Positions 47,477-60,800 of a stretch of DNA of 64,000 nucleotides are shown piece by piece. A model generated the notes under the pieces. The model saw only the letters and a list, made by a program, of their open reading frames with translations. It searched no databases and was not told the origin of the DNA. Position 1 is the stretch's first letter. Each line of letters starts with the position of its first letter. Made by a program: the position numbers and the translations under genes. Source of the DNA: the human T2T-CHM13v2.0 reference genome, Homo sapiens; assembly GCF_009914755.1 (NCBI RefSeq), contig NC_060925.1, one strand, 5' to 3'.

Positions 47477-48469
47477 CAGAAAAATATTATTTTATTTTGG
47501 CAGGCAGTCTCTTAGCTGAATCAAACTTCTAGTCCTGTAGCAGTGCCCTCTGTGGTGTGTCACAGCTGCAATCTCTGCTCAGTTATTTTGTCTTTAGCTG
47601 GGTGACTTGGAGTGTACGCTACATGGGCATATTACAAGGGTGAACCAGAGATTTGAGCAGAAATCATTTTCAGAAGTTGAGGCTCCACCTCTGTAGCTGT
47701 CTCCTTTCTAGAATTTTTCCTTCACTTTCTAGCTGCTGTGGTGAACCCTCTTTTCTCTGGTTCTTCAAGCCTGTAAGATTGCAAACGTCTCTCCTAGTTT
47801 TAGTTAACTGGCATGGTGCTGAGCAGAGACTGCACTCCAAAAAAATAAAAATCACATAGTGCCCTCCGCTCTGCTTAGTTCAAATTCTCATACAGGTCGA
47901 TGCATACTTTTGGTTATTATCTGAGTGCCCTCAGATTGTTGTTTTTTGCTATTCCATCTGGATTTTATTGCTGTTATATGCCGAAGGGTTACTCTAGTAG
48001 AAGCTACTTTGTCCACAGAAGTGGAAACTGTAATTTTAAGAAGGTAATCTGAGATTGTAATCGCATAGGTATTTGGTCCCAGAACAAGATACATGGTTTT
48101 CCTTCTGATTTCTGCACTGACCACATCAATTCAGAAGCGCAGGTTTTACTTCTGGGCACTACATTCCGGGGAAAACATTGATGAATGCCAGGGCCTAGAA
48201 AAGGGCATTTTAGCTTATTTTAGCAGGTTTGTTACATAGGTATATTGTGTGATGCGTGATGCTGAAGTTTGGCATATGAATGATCCTGTCACCAGGTAGT
48301 GAGCATAGTAACCCAACAGTTAGTTTTTTTTGTAAACATTATAAGGATAAACGGATATTTTGTCTAGAAAGGGAAGACTTAAGGAAAGCATGAAACTGCC
48401 TTCACATATTTGAAACGTTATCATGAGAATGGAAAAATAGATTTGTTCTATATTAATACAGAAAGCATA

Positions 48470-48858
<389 letters not shown>

Positions 48859-49707
48859 TTAACATTAGAAGTACTCAATAATGTAATGCATTGATTTGCA
48901 CCAAACAGGACTCCCATCCCTGGAAACATTCCAATAGAATCTGAATGACCGTATTTCAGAAATAGTGTAGAGAATACTTAAGCACTGATTGAAAGAGAGA
49001 CATGGACCTGACATTTCTTAAGCATCTGTGATTAGCTGATTAGCACAATTCATGCATTTTCTATGTATAACATTTCTCAAGATTATGGCATAGATTACTC
49101 ATGATAACAAAATTATGGGCCAGGTGGAAAAATGACATTTGCGAATTTTAGTTGAGCAAAGTGTAGTACACAGGGCTAAATAATTGGCCGAGATCACCTG
49201 ATACTTTGGAGAAAGGGAGGACTGGGAATGATTCATCTAGATTTTTCAGGTCATTAATACGTTGGACCATGTTATAGTAAAGAAATGTTTGAGAATGAGA
49301 CATTTCCCTAAGAATGTGATATTTTTAAATGCATTGATTTATTATGCTGCTTTCTCTGAAACTGAACCTAACACTGTCGATTCTGCCCCATTCAGAGCAA
49401 GGATGGGCTGGGCCTGGATGTTTGCCATGTGCTTCATATACACTTACAGGATTTTCTGAGCAAACTTAGAGGTCTACATTGCTTCATCCTCAATCATTTC
49501 CAAACAAGATCTGAAACAGAATCGAGGCATATAGCCAGACAATAGCAAGAGAGCAATTGGGAAAGTTTGTTTAAATTGCGCTTTTCTTCTTAATGTCATA
49601 TGGTAAAATACTAACATTAGAAAAACATTCCATTATAAATTGTAGGATGTCCCTTATAGGAAGATTAAGTGAATGCTATTTCCACCACTACATATGCCAC
49701 TGAAACA

Positions 49708-49784
49708 TTAGATTGAATCATATGAACTTGCAAATATTTGACATTTTGACTGATAAAAATGACAATTTAATACGGTTAAACTGA
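49708..49784. mobile_element. Probable MADE2-type mariner MITE
   Basis: About 80 bp with imperfect inverted ends ttagattgaatcatatgaacttg...caatttaatacggttaaactga. Confidence 0.5.
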
Positions 49785-51054
49785 CTCCATAATAGATGCC
49801 TGATATTTGCAAGGATGCTTCTTCTAAAGTTTAGGTTGTTAATGCAGAAGGGAGAATTAAAGAGTTAAAAAGGATTTCGGGAATCATCTAATCCAACTTC
49901 TTTATGTATGAGATGAAGAATCTAAAGCTCAGAGAGAGAGAGTGCTTTATTTAGACTCTACAAGTATCCCGGTCTGTCAACCCACAGTTCAATATTCTTC
50001 CTGCTGTTCTAAGACGACGAAGGAAATTCCCTATCCCATTTGCCAGAGAGATTGTGAATGAGAGTCTCAGAGTACTCTAGGCCACTGCAGAGTCCCTGCA
50101 TACGTGACCTATTTTAAAGCTACAAATTTATAAAACCCAATCAACATCAGCACTGCATTCATCAAAATGTAGTCTTAGTCTAATGATATTAAAAGTACTT
50201 TAAAGAAATATGATGACGAATATCAATTGTCATTATATAGGCCTAGGATCTTAGAGGATGTAGGAGACAAGGCTGAGTCTGGCTTGATTTCGTGATGGAA
50301 AAATGAAAGCATGTATGAGATGAAGGGACCTTACATATCAATTTTAGTAATAAATATTCACAGAAACCTTATGGGATAAATATTATAATGCCCATCTTAT
50401 AGACGGGGGAAATAAGATTTAGAAGGGCTAGTTACCTGCCCCAGGGCCACACAACAAATAGGGATCAGAGCAAGGTTTAGAACCTGGGAGTACTTACTTC
50501 CAAGCCACAGGTCTTCCTAGGATGCAGCACTATCTTTAGTAACAAACCCTGTAAGTTGATTCCTAAATAAGTTACACATATGTAGAAATGGTTCAGCCAC
50601 TATAAAAACCTGTATGAAGTTTCCCCAAAAAATTAAAAATAGAACTATCATATAATTTGTTAACTGTCATATGATTCATGATTCTGAGTATATATACAAA
50701 ATAATTGAAATCAGGATTTCAAAGACATATCTGCATTCCCATATTCATTTCAGCATTATTCATAATAGCCAATAGATGGAAACAGGCTACATGTTCAGCG
50801 AAGGATAAATGAATAAAGAAAATAAAAATGGAATATTATTCAGCCTTAAAAAGAACAAAATTCTGACACATGCTGCAATAGGAATGAACCAGAAGTACAT
50901 TATGCTAAGTGAAATTACCCAATTATAGAAGGACAAATATTGTTTGAGTTCACTTATATGAGATATCTAGAAGAGTCAAACTCCTAGAAGCGGAGGGTAG
51001 AATTATGATTGCTAGGAGCTAGGGGGAAGTGGAAATGGGGAGATGTCATTAAAT

Positions 51055-51315
51055 AAGTATGTGTGTATACTTGTGTATATATATATATATAATTAAATTA
51101 GTATATAAGTATATATATTTATATATAAGTATATATAATTAAATTAGTATAATTAAATTAATATACATAATTAAATTATATATAATTAAATTATATAACA
51201 TACTTATATACTAATTTAGCATACTTACAAGTATAGTAGTATACTAATTATAAATATATTGGTATATAAATATATACATTAAATAACTGTGTGTGTATAT
51301 ATATGTGTATATATA

Positions 51316-51380
<65 letters not shown>

Positions 51381-51400
51381 AGAGAGAGAGAGAGAGAGAC
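51055..51400. repeat. AT-rich low complexity plus (TG)n(TA)n(GA)n compound microsatellite
   Basis: Directly visible simple repeats. Confidence 0.9.
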
Positions 51401-51923
51401 AAGGTCTTGCTCTGTTGCCCAGGCTAGAGTCCAGGGGTGTGATCACAACTCATTGCAGCCTCAAACTTCTAGGTTCAGGCAATACTCCTTCCTCAGCCTC
51501 CTGAGTAGCTGGGACTACAGCCATGTGCCACCACACCTGGCTAATTTTCTTCTTCTACTTCCTCTTCTTCTTCTTATTATTATTATATTATTAATATATT
51601 AACAATAATATATTATTAATTATTAATTATTAATATATTATCAATATTATTATTAATATATATTAATATTATTAATAATATATATTATTAATATTATTAT
51701 ATTATTAATATATATTATTGATATTATTATATTATTAATAATATATATTATTGATATTATTATATTATTAATAATATATATTATTGATATTATTACATTA
51801 TTATTTGTAGAGATGAGGTCTCACTCATGTTGCCGAGGCTGGTCTCAAACTCCCAGGCTCAAGCAATCCTCCTGCCCTGGCCTCCCAAAGTGCTGGGATT
51901 ACAGGCATGAGCCACTCTACCCA
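51392..51923 (-). mobile_element. AluJ-type with a ~250-bp AT-rich expansion in the central linker
   Basis: Alu arms at ~51392-51545 and ~51805-51923 separated by TAT/ATA repeats. Confidence 0.85.
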
Positions 51924-52583
51924 GTGGTATAAAATTTTAATTATACAAGATGAATAAGTTTTAAAGAACAGCTGTACAACAATTGTGCCTACAGATAATA
52001 ATACTGTACTGTGCACTTGAAATCTTGTTAGCAGAATCTTATGTAAAATGATCTTACCACAATTTTTTAAAAAGTTACTTAAGACAGAATTTAAAATACT
52101 TCAAATGGAGGAAAAATAAATAAAATAAGAAATTGTTCATAAATGTTATTTTGATGCATTATCAAGCACCAAAATTAGGTCTAATTTGGTTCACTAATCT
52201 CTTTTCCTTTCATCTTTTCATACATTATTAAGATTTCTGCTTCACCAAGTATAATTAATGTTCTTCATTTCTTAACGTGAGGTCATTGCTGCAGGCTTCA
52301 CGGAAATCATGCAACATAGGTTTTTTCCGTCAGAACACATTTTTTCATGTGTTCTGAATAGAATGGAAACAGGCAACATACAGAGTGGAGCTCCTGGATT
52401 ATAGATGCAACCAACTAAATTGGTTGGTTTGTTAAGCCATAGACAACTGTGGGAAATAACTAGGTTGATGTTTGCTACTGAGTTGACTAGCTAACCAAAT
52501 CATGCAGCATTTTTGTTAGCTGTCAAATCAATCTCATCATCTACTAAAATCTCCCTAAAATGATCACTGCCTTGGTACGATAC

Positions 52584-52687
52584 TGGACTTACGGAAACCG
52601 GTTTTTAAAATAATGCATTTATTCATTCATCCACCATTTGTCAAAGGCCTTTTTCAGGCAAAGCTCTGAGCTAGGCATGGTAAGCAA
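52584..52687 (+). repeat. Inverted repeat arm 1 (104 bp)
   Basis: Reverse complement of 54515-54618 at 100/104, ungapped. Confidence 0.95.
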
Positions 52688-52836
52688 CTAAAATATACAC
52701 AAAAAAGTGTGTTTGTGCTTTCAAAGAACTTAGGTAAGAAAATCAGGTACATAGCTTCGTACATAAGAGTTCTCTAATTTCGTGAATCATAAAGATATTT
52801 TTAATGTGTCTATAATGACATATGTTGGTTATGACA

Positions 52837-52965
52837 AGGTTGGCCATATTATTTCTTGTCCAATTTGGAGCATTTTCAAAGTGAAAGAGAGCAACACTAT
52901 TAATAATTATTCTAGGACAGCAGCCTAAACTGATACTGTTCTGGGCAAACTAGGACATATCCTAG
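52837..52965. mobile_element. MER94/MER81-type hAT-Blackjack MITE
   Basis: ggttggccatattatttcttgtccaa...agtgaaagagagcaacactattaataattattctaggacagcagcctaaactg...gggcaaactaggacatat. Confidence 0.6.
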
Positions 52966-54514
52966 TTATTACCCACCCAGGAGAATGCATTATGTTTTAC
53001 TTGATTCTCTTTAAAATGCCATTGACATCTATCACAGATCATTCAGAAATCAAGTCTACATGTTCCAAACCAATTAACTGACAAAAATAACTCAAACAAT
53101 AAAGTTGACAGCATCGTGTTAGTTACCAATTTTCTTGAATTATTTTCCTTATTTTTTGCTCAAGGAGAACTTTTGGCATCAGTTCCATCTATGAAAAATA
53201 GAGCTGTCAACCAAACCGAAAACTGCCAGTATGCACCCAGATACCATGCCGTTGTCTTGTTTAACATGACATGAATTTAGTTTCTACTAATTTTTAATTT
53301 TAAGAATGGTGTGTATACATTTTTTTCTTTTATAACTTACATTGCCTTTAGGAAATGCAGTTGCACCTCATTGAATTCATTGCTAAATTTTTTCTTGTGA
53401 GAACAAATTGAATAGCATGTAGAAGACTGTAGGAATTTACTATCTGAACAATTTTAAATACCAAGATAATTGACTTGAAATTGGCAATTGCTTTAATATT
53501 GTTTCTACTTAAAACTTCCATGAATCATAATACTTATTCATGGATTATATGTGTATAATTTTCCTAAATTTCTTTAAATTAAAAATGATTTTTCATCCTA
53601 AAAGGTTATAAAGATCATGGCTGTTATATTTTTCTCACAATTGTAATTACTGAAACACAGGTTTGTTTCATGTAAACCGTAGAAATATTTTGGAGACTAA
53701 TTATAGACAGAAAGGAAGCCACATATTAAATATAATATCCAAAACCAAATAGGCTATTTGCAATGAAAGTTATTTGATGTTTTGGAAATTATATTCATGA
53801 TTATTTCATTGTCTATTTGAATGTATTTTAATTTAGTTTCACAAATAGCTACAAATATGTTACTTTTATCCACTTCCCTTAACATTTCTTTGATAATCCT
53901 ATGCTGATAACAACAGTTATAAAGGAAAACTGAAGTACTTCTATATTTGTTATTTAAAGTGGGAAAATATGTATTAATGACTGATAAATGGCTGAAATTA
54001 CTCTAGTTGATACCTAGAACTCAGGAAAAAAATTATATTTTGAAACCAGTTCATTTCCTTGACTTTTTCAGTAGCCAGCATCATCCTGAGTAAGTATATA
54101 CTCAATAAATATTACCTAAGTGATTGAGATAATGAATGAGGTATTTTTGAGGTAATTTTGAAGTGTCAATTTCCAGCTTTGAGAATTTTGTTTTTGTGTG
54201 TGTGAATGTTTTTATTCATCCTGCCCCATAGTTACTGAAATTAAGATGAAAATGATAGTATATAGTAAGTACAAAATTGTCCCATTTCCCTTTCAAATTT
54301 ACAGGATGAAAAAGGCAAGGCTTGACCATTAGTCACCACTTTGTTGATGTCAGTGTCTTGGAGACAAGTGAGCCACACTGTCCATTAGGAAAACATTTCC
54401 ATCTAAGAACCCAATGCACAGAAACCCCATTATTCATCTTGAATTAGAATTTGATATAAATTTACCCTTTCCTGAACCAATCCCAGATGCAGTCAAGATC
54501 CATAAAGACATATA

Positions 54515-54618
54515 TTGCTTACCATGCCTAGCTCAGAGCTTTGCCTGAAAAAGGCCCTTGATAAATGGTGGATGAATGAATAAATGTATTATTTTAAAAA
54601 CCGGTTTCTGTAAGTCCA
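54515..54618 (-). repeat. Inverted repeat arm 2 (104 bp)
   Basis: Reverse complement of 52584-52687 at 100/104, ungapped. Confidence 0.95.
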
Positions 54619-57137
54619 TAATCACATGGACACAGCCAAGGACACTCTCAAGGCAGTCCTGCAGGTTATACTCAATTTGCTTAAAAATCGTAGTGGTTTG
54701 AGAGGAGGAGTGGATTTTCTCTTCAAAGTAAGATAAGTATGGTTGAATTGTAGAAAATCATGTCCTTTTCTTCCATTTGCTCTAAAGCCAGTAAGAGTTG
54801 ACCACTGCTGCAATATTGAAAAGACATTTTAAAGAATATGTTGCTCATTGTTCTTCGACCCTAAAACCCTCATTTCATTCTCCTTTGCCTAGTCAAATAC
54901 ATTTGTTCTCATAATGTTCCAGTAAAGATTTCCTTGCTTCCCTCCCCCACACAATCAGCATTTGGAGTGTCTTGTTGCCATACAATCCTAAGTACGCCTC
55001 TATCATAGCATCGTATAATAATACTAATAGTGGCTAATATTTGTCGTGTGCTTACTCTGAGCCCGAAACTATGCTCAGGTCATTATAAGCATTATTTTAT
55101 TTATTATTCACAAAATCCCAAGAGTTAAGTAATATTATTTTCCTCATTTTATTGATGAGAACTCAAAATCAGAGAGAGGATAAGTATCTTTTCCAAGGCT
55201 CTCCAATTCAGAAGTTGGAGCCACGCTTTCAGATCCCGGAGCATCTGCATCTATTACCAATTAGCTATACTGCAAAAGCCTTCATTTGTCTGCCTCATCC
55301 TCCATCCTGAGAGCTATAGGAAGGTGGAGAAAATGTCTTGTTTATCTTTATAACTTCAGTACCTGGCAATCATTCCTGGCAGAGTAGTGCTTCACTATTT
55401 ACCAAAGGACTAAATGAACGAATGAAAGAATTGTATGTGGTGTGCACAGAAGAAATTAGAACATTCCCAGGGCTGGCGGTAGGGTAGAAAAAGCTTCGTG
55501 CAGAAGATATTTGATCCAGCTCTTAAAGAATAAGCAAGCATTATCTCAGAAGAACAAACAGCACATTTCTCCTTGACATGTTTTTTTGTATTGTTGATTG
55601 TTTATTTGCTACCAAAGTGTTAATTTTTAATTTAAACAGTTTTTCACTGGAGAAATTAGTTCACAAATAAGTTGTATACCTGTCAGCAAAGAGAGCTTAG
55701 AATGTCAGAATGCCCATGTTTTTATTGATAGTGTAAGTGCCACACTGTGTTTATAATTATCCCTTGCTTTTGTTGATTATTAGTTCTTCTTAACATAACT
55801 GCATTTTAAATTTGTGAGAGTAGAAAAGGGAAATTCTGGAAAACAACCATTAAAGCCATAACCTTCCTCAGGGATCACCGAACGAGGGTTATAGACAAAA
55901 GGGAAGAAAGGAAACTTAAGGCACTGGTCCCAAAAGATAATCAACGTCAACACACATTTTTGAAGGGGCCCTAAGCAATGAGAGCAGAAATATGCCAAGG
56001 AAAAATGGGTGGTACCAGAAGAAAAGGAGGATCCAGGAAAGAGCTAGTAGAGTTTACAAGTAGAAGGAGCCCTACAGCAGCCACAGGAGTTTAGGGACAT
56101 GGATGAAGATTTCTGCATTTGCCCCAAAAGTGCCATTAAGAACACTAAAGCTTATCTTTTTTTTTACAAATCTAGTTGTCAGAAAAGCCTTACAACAAAT
56201 TTTCTAAATGTTCTCTTCTTTCCAAATTCAGTTGAGCCTGAAGGGTTTATGCTGTCCACTCCCACCTATTCATTGCCAATTCATCTTCCCTATAAGCCAC
56301 CTTCATCTGCAATAACTGCTCCCCACAGGATAAGCTGACATTCTGGGCTTCTAGGCAGGAAATCCAATGTTCTGTCCTTTCATAAGTCCCATGGCAATGC
56401 AGAGAGCTGCTGGAGTCAGTGCCTTCCACATATTCTCTACAGCTGAAAGAATGCAAGCATCTTCCCAAAGTCACCATTCCATCCACACGTTTGTTTCTTC
56501 AATACATCTGGCAATGGGTAGTACACAGGGAGAGAAGAAGGAGAGCAGGGAATCTGTAAAAGATAACATATAATTCTTATGACAATACTTTCAAGGAAAC
56601 TATAATCTAGCTGTCAAGAAAAAAGAAACTACAAAACATCCTGAAAACAATTAATCCCTAATTTATGTTACTGAGTAAAAGCACAGTATAAATTCACAGA
56701 AGTCTGATCGCTATGAGCTATTGCAAGAGGGAAAGTTTTCATGGAGGATACGGAAATTAAAGTAGGCCATGACATATGAGAAAGATTATTTATAGAACAG
56801 AAAATGGGAGCACATTCAAGAGAGAAAAATGTCACAAGTAAAGATGTGATAGTGGGAAAAAAAAGTTTGGATGGGATGAAGAACAGAGACTAGGTAGGCC
56901 TGATTTTAATAGATAAAGAATGTCAGGAAATAGTAGGATATAGAAGTGGATAAATTAAGAGAAAGATTAGATGATGGATTCCCTCGACCAAACTTTGGTA
57001 AAAATCCAGCCAGAGAAGAAAGAATCATTCTATAATTCTGTGATTTAGGTATATGCCATGTTTTCTTCTCAAATGTTTCCTACAGGTTTTGATTATGTAT
57101 GGCTACAATTCACTTTCTGACTAGAAAGGACCTACTT

Positions 57138-57485
57138 TACTCTGTTTGGACTGCTGTAACAAAATGCCATTGACTGGGTAACTTTTAAACAACAGAAGGG
57201 TATTAGTACTGGAGGCTGGGAACTTCAAGACCAACTAACCAGCAGATTTAGTGTCTGGTGAGGAACCACCCATTTCCTGGTTCGTAAATGGTCTCTTCTC
57301 TCTGTGTCCTCACATGACAAAGGAACAAGGCAGTTCTCCAGGACCTCTTTTATAAGGTCACCAATCCCATTCATGAAGGCTCTACCCTCATGACCTAATT
57401 GGCCCCATCTTCTAATACGGTGACATTGGCGATTAGGTTTCAGTGAATGAAATCTGGGAGGACATAAACATTCAGACCATGGCAG
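57138..57485. mobile_element. MaLR solo LTR (MLT1A/MSTD-like)
   Basis: gctgtaacaaaatgccattgactgggtaactttt...aatcccattcatgaaggctctaccctcatgacctaat...acataaacattcagaccatggca. Confidence 0.8.
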
Positions 57486-57794
57486 GATCTTACACCAAAA
57501 TGGTAGCATCTTTCCTTCATGATGGATTTATCAATAAAAACTCCTGAATTATATTCTCAGACGAATTCTTTCATTTTGGAACTCAAAGCAATACAAACTG
57601 TTTATTCTTCCAGAATTTTTTAAAATATATAATGTTATGTAGACAGAAAGTTTTTCCTGAGCAGATTTTTTTGGGAGTTTGGTTTTTGAAACTAGCTTAT
57701 TAAATCCACAAAATCTTCAGTCCAATTTTTGATTTCTGCTAATTAGAAGTTTTCACTAGGCATAGTTTTGTTAGTAAGTCTTGCTTTAAGCCCC

Positions 57795-57829
<35 letters not shown>

Positions 57830-60800
57830 CACTTGAATCTTTCTAAAGTTCTTAATTGAGGATTTTAATTGAAGGTTTTTAGACCTATGATGCTCTCCTA
57901 TTTCTCTCAAAGGGCCAAAGACATGTTTTGTTCTGGGGAGGTTCAGATATGATCAGATTAAGTCTTCTTTCACTAAAAATTGAGCAAATTCCCTGGATCA
58001 GCATCACTAAAAAAGAGTCTCTGGGGCAATAGACTGATGTTATTACTCACCATTTTAATGTACATAAAATTAAGGAACTATATTTACTCACTTCAGAAAA
58101 TTTCTAAGTTGTGCAGATCAATATAAAAGGTGCCTTATACTGAGCAGTGGTTGGTTTGAACATTTCTGTGATTAGTGCAATCTATTTTCAGAGCTAAGGA
58201 AGCCAGAAGATTAAAAAAGCAGACCCTTCACTACCTGAGGGGAGTTAACAGTCTAGTGCACAAGAAAGCTTGCATCAGATGACCAGGATTCTTACGGTGC
58301 CTCTTTCAGCCAAGGGTTGTGCCTTCTCTGATATTAGGCCATAATGATCACATGCACTCAACATGCAATGCCTCATTTAGTTCTAACCATCATAGTACTG
58401 TTATTTCCACTTTACAGATGCTGAAACGAAGGCCCAAAGAAGTGAAGTGACTTACTTGGGGTCACACAGTTCATTTAACCTCAAATCCTCATTTTTTTCT
58501 CCAGTGTATAATTTTGGTTTTCTGTTTCCTAGTTTGTGAAGTGCAACATTTGGAGACTGTTTTTAAGCAGACTGTCCTACCAGAAAATTCTAGAAGTCTT
58601 AATATTTCTTAATTGTAAAATAAGTGTTTTAGAAGAGATGCCATTACACATAGTTTACAAAAACACAAGTTTATCATGGGACCAACTGTGTCCAGGGAAC
58701 TCTGGAATTTCTTAAAGAACAGGTCTAGGGGCAAATATGGAATGTAAATGGGAAAGAAATTGTAAATTTTGCTCTACGGCCCTAATAGGATCCAGAATCT
58801 ATTTATTTTTACCATTAGGTCCTGTGAACACTAAAGATAATCACAGCTGGCAATATGTAAATTATCCATATTTGCAGCTTCTTGAAGTTAAAGGTTGTGT
58901 GTGTTTGGCTGGTATAACTGCATTGCCACTTAATTACCAATATAAATGCTCTCAAATTATAGATACCAATGTAAGCCCCTCAACTTAAAGATTTATTTGC
59001 AGAACTCTAAGTAATGACATTGAGCTTCACATTCACATTGTGAGGTGAGCTGAAGAGGATCAGCTTCTGTGTGTAATTGTGCATGATTAGTCTTCTGCCT
59101 TGAAACAGAAAAGGAGTATTTCATAGGATTCCCACCATGGCTGGGGAGGACAGGCCGTGGCTGGGGAAGACAGAGGACTACTCTGATGGAGAAAATGCAC
59201 ACCTTTGTAAAGAGGCACTCTGGGATGGAAAGAGCCTGGGGTGGGTTATGAGAGCCATGAAGGTGATGCACATGTGCATAAAGGGAAAGCATTTGAGTGG
59301 CTGCCTCTTCAAATTAAATATTCTGTGACAGAAGAGTAGGCTGCATCCTGTGTGTTAGCTCTCATGGCACTGCAAGCTAGAGAGACGTATAACAAGAACC
59401 ATCATCACTGGTCAATTTCCTTTTAAAGACCTGTCCACTGATTTACTCATTCCATTGATCAGACATTGCAATTCACAAGCTCCTATTACATTCTCTTGGT
59501 TAAAAGTGAGGTCCAGATTGGGCTCGACACATGAATCTGTAGAGCTTTCCCCTCTACCTGGCAAACAATCCAAGTCGCACCTGGATATATCAGACCTTAC
59601 TCATCATTTATGTCCAGGAGTGCTGCATTTGTTTTACAATGCCATCTAATTTGTCAGCTCAGTTCAAAAAAATTTCAGCACCTGCAAAACATCATGAACT
59701 CTGAAGTTGACAGGAAAAGATGGCATGTTGTTTGAATAGTTTTCTCAAGATAGAAATGTATGAGTCTTGAAATTGTACATAAAGACAAAAGCACAGCATG
59801 CCATGAATTGCAGGAACTCATCGCGGAGGACATGCCTATTAGAATTTATGCTACACAAATGCAAAAGTATGTTCTTATAAATTAAATAGTTTGACTTTTC
59901 CACATTTTATACACATGTAATGTTGTCGTTCTTGATTTTGTACATGATAGTGTAGAATAAGCTTTTTGCCTTAGACTTTTTATAGGCAGAAATGTGCCAC
60001 TGCAATGAAAAAACTTAGGAGCATTTTATGGATGACTGTATTACCATCCTCATCAATTGGCATTTATTGAATTCAGGCACCATAAATAATACTGATATAT
60101 CTTACATATAGTGGAATATGTGTGTATGTTTTAATAAATGATTTAAATTATTTTCAGGCCATTTTTACATTAATCTATAAGGAAATATAAGCTCCTTTAA
60201 AATGGTTTTGAAACTTAGTGTCTCAAAAGGAGTACAAAAACAACTCCGAAGTTCCCCTATGCTTCTGGAAACATTAAATCCTCTTGGCAATGGGTGACAT
60301 GTGAAAGGACTCCCTCAGTTTGCCCTGAAATACTCCCTTTGGTCCTAAAAACATTACGCACTCCTTTAGGGAGTTCGAGGCAAAGGAGCCAGTGTGTTTT
60401 GAGGGACAAGGTATAAATGCTACGGCATCCAAGAGGATTAGCTGCCTTTTCTGGAAAATTAGGAAATTGATGTATAATTTTTAATTACACATAAATTTCA
60501 AACTTTCCATCAAAGTCAAATTGTGCTGATGTAGTCAAACGTAATCTAAGCATTGATTCAAGAACCTGCTGATGGAGTGAAAATACATGGAAACTTGTTA
60601 ACAGGAATTACAATTATCTACATCTCAGCAAATAACGCCAGAGTGTCATGTAATATGCTGAGCTCAGGCAGCCTATAGCCAATGCAGATCTTTTTTTTTT
60701 TTTCTTCACCATTAATATTTACAGTTGGAAGCAAAACATGGCTGCAATCTAAGTGCTGCACCTAACAAGGAAGTTGTTGGCTTGATACCTTGTTTCCTGA

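Larger units (their letters stand above)
50580..52072 (+). mobile_element. Old L1M (L1MA/MB) 3' end split by AT-rich repeats and an Alu
   Basis: aaattaaaaatagaactatcatat...gaatattattcagccttaaaaagaac...acattatgctaagtgaaatt; resumes at ~51925 with ataataatactgtactgtgcacttgaaa. Confidence 0.8.
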
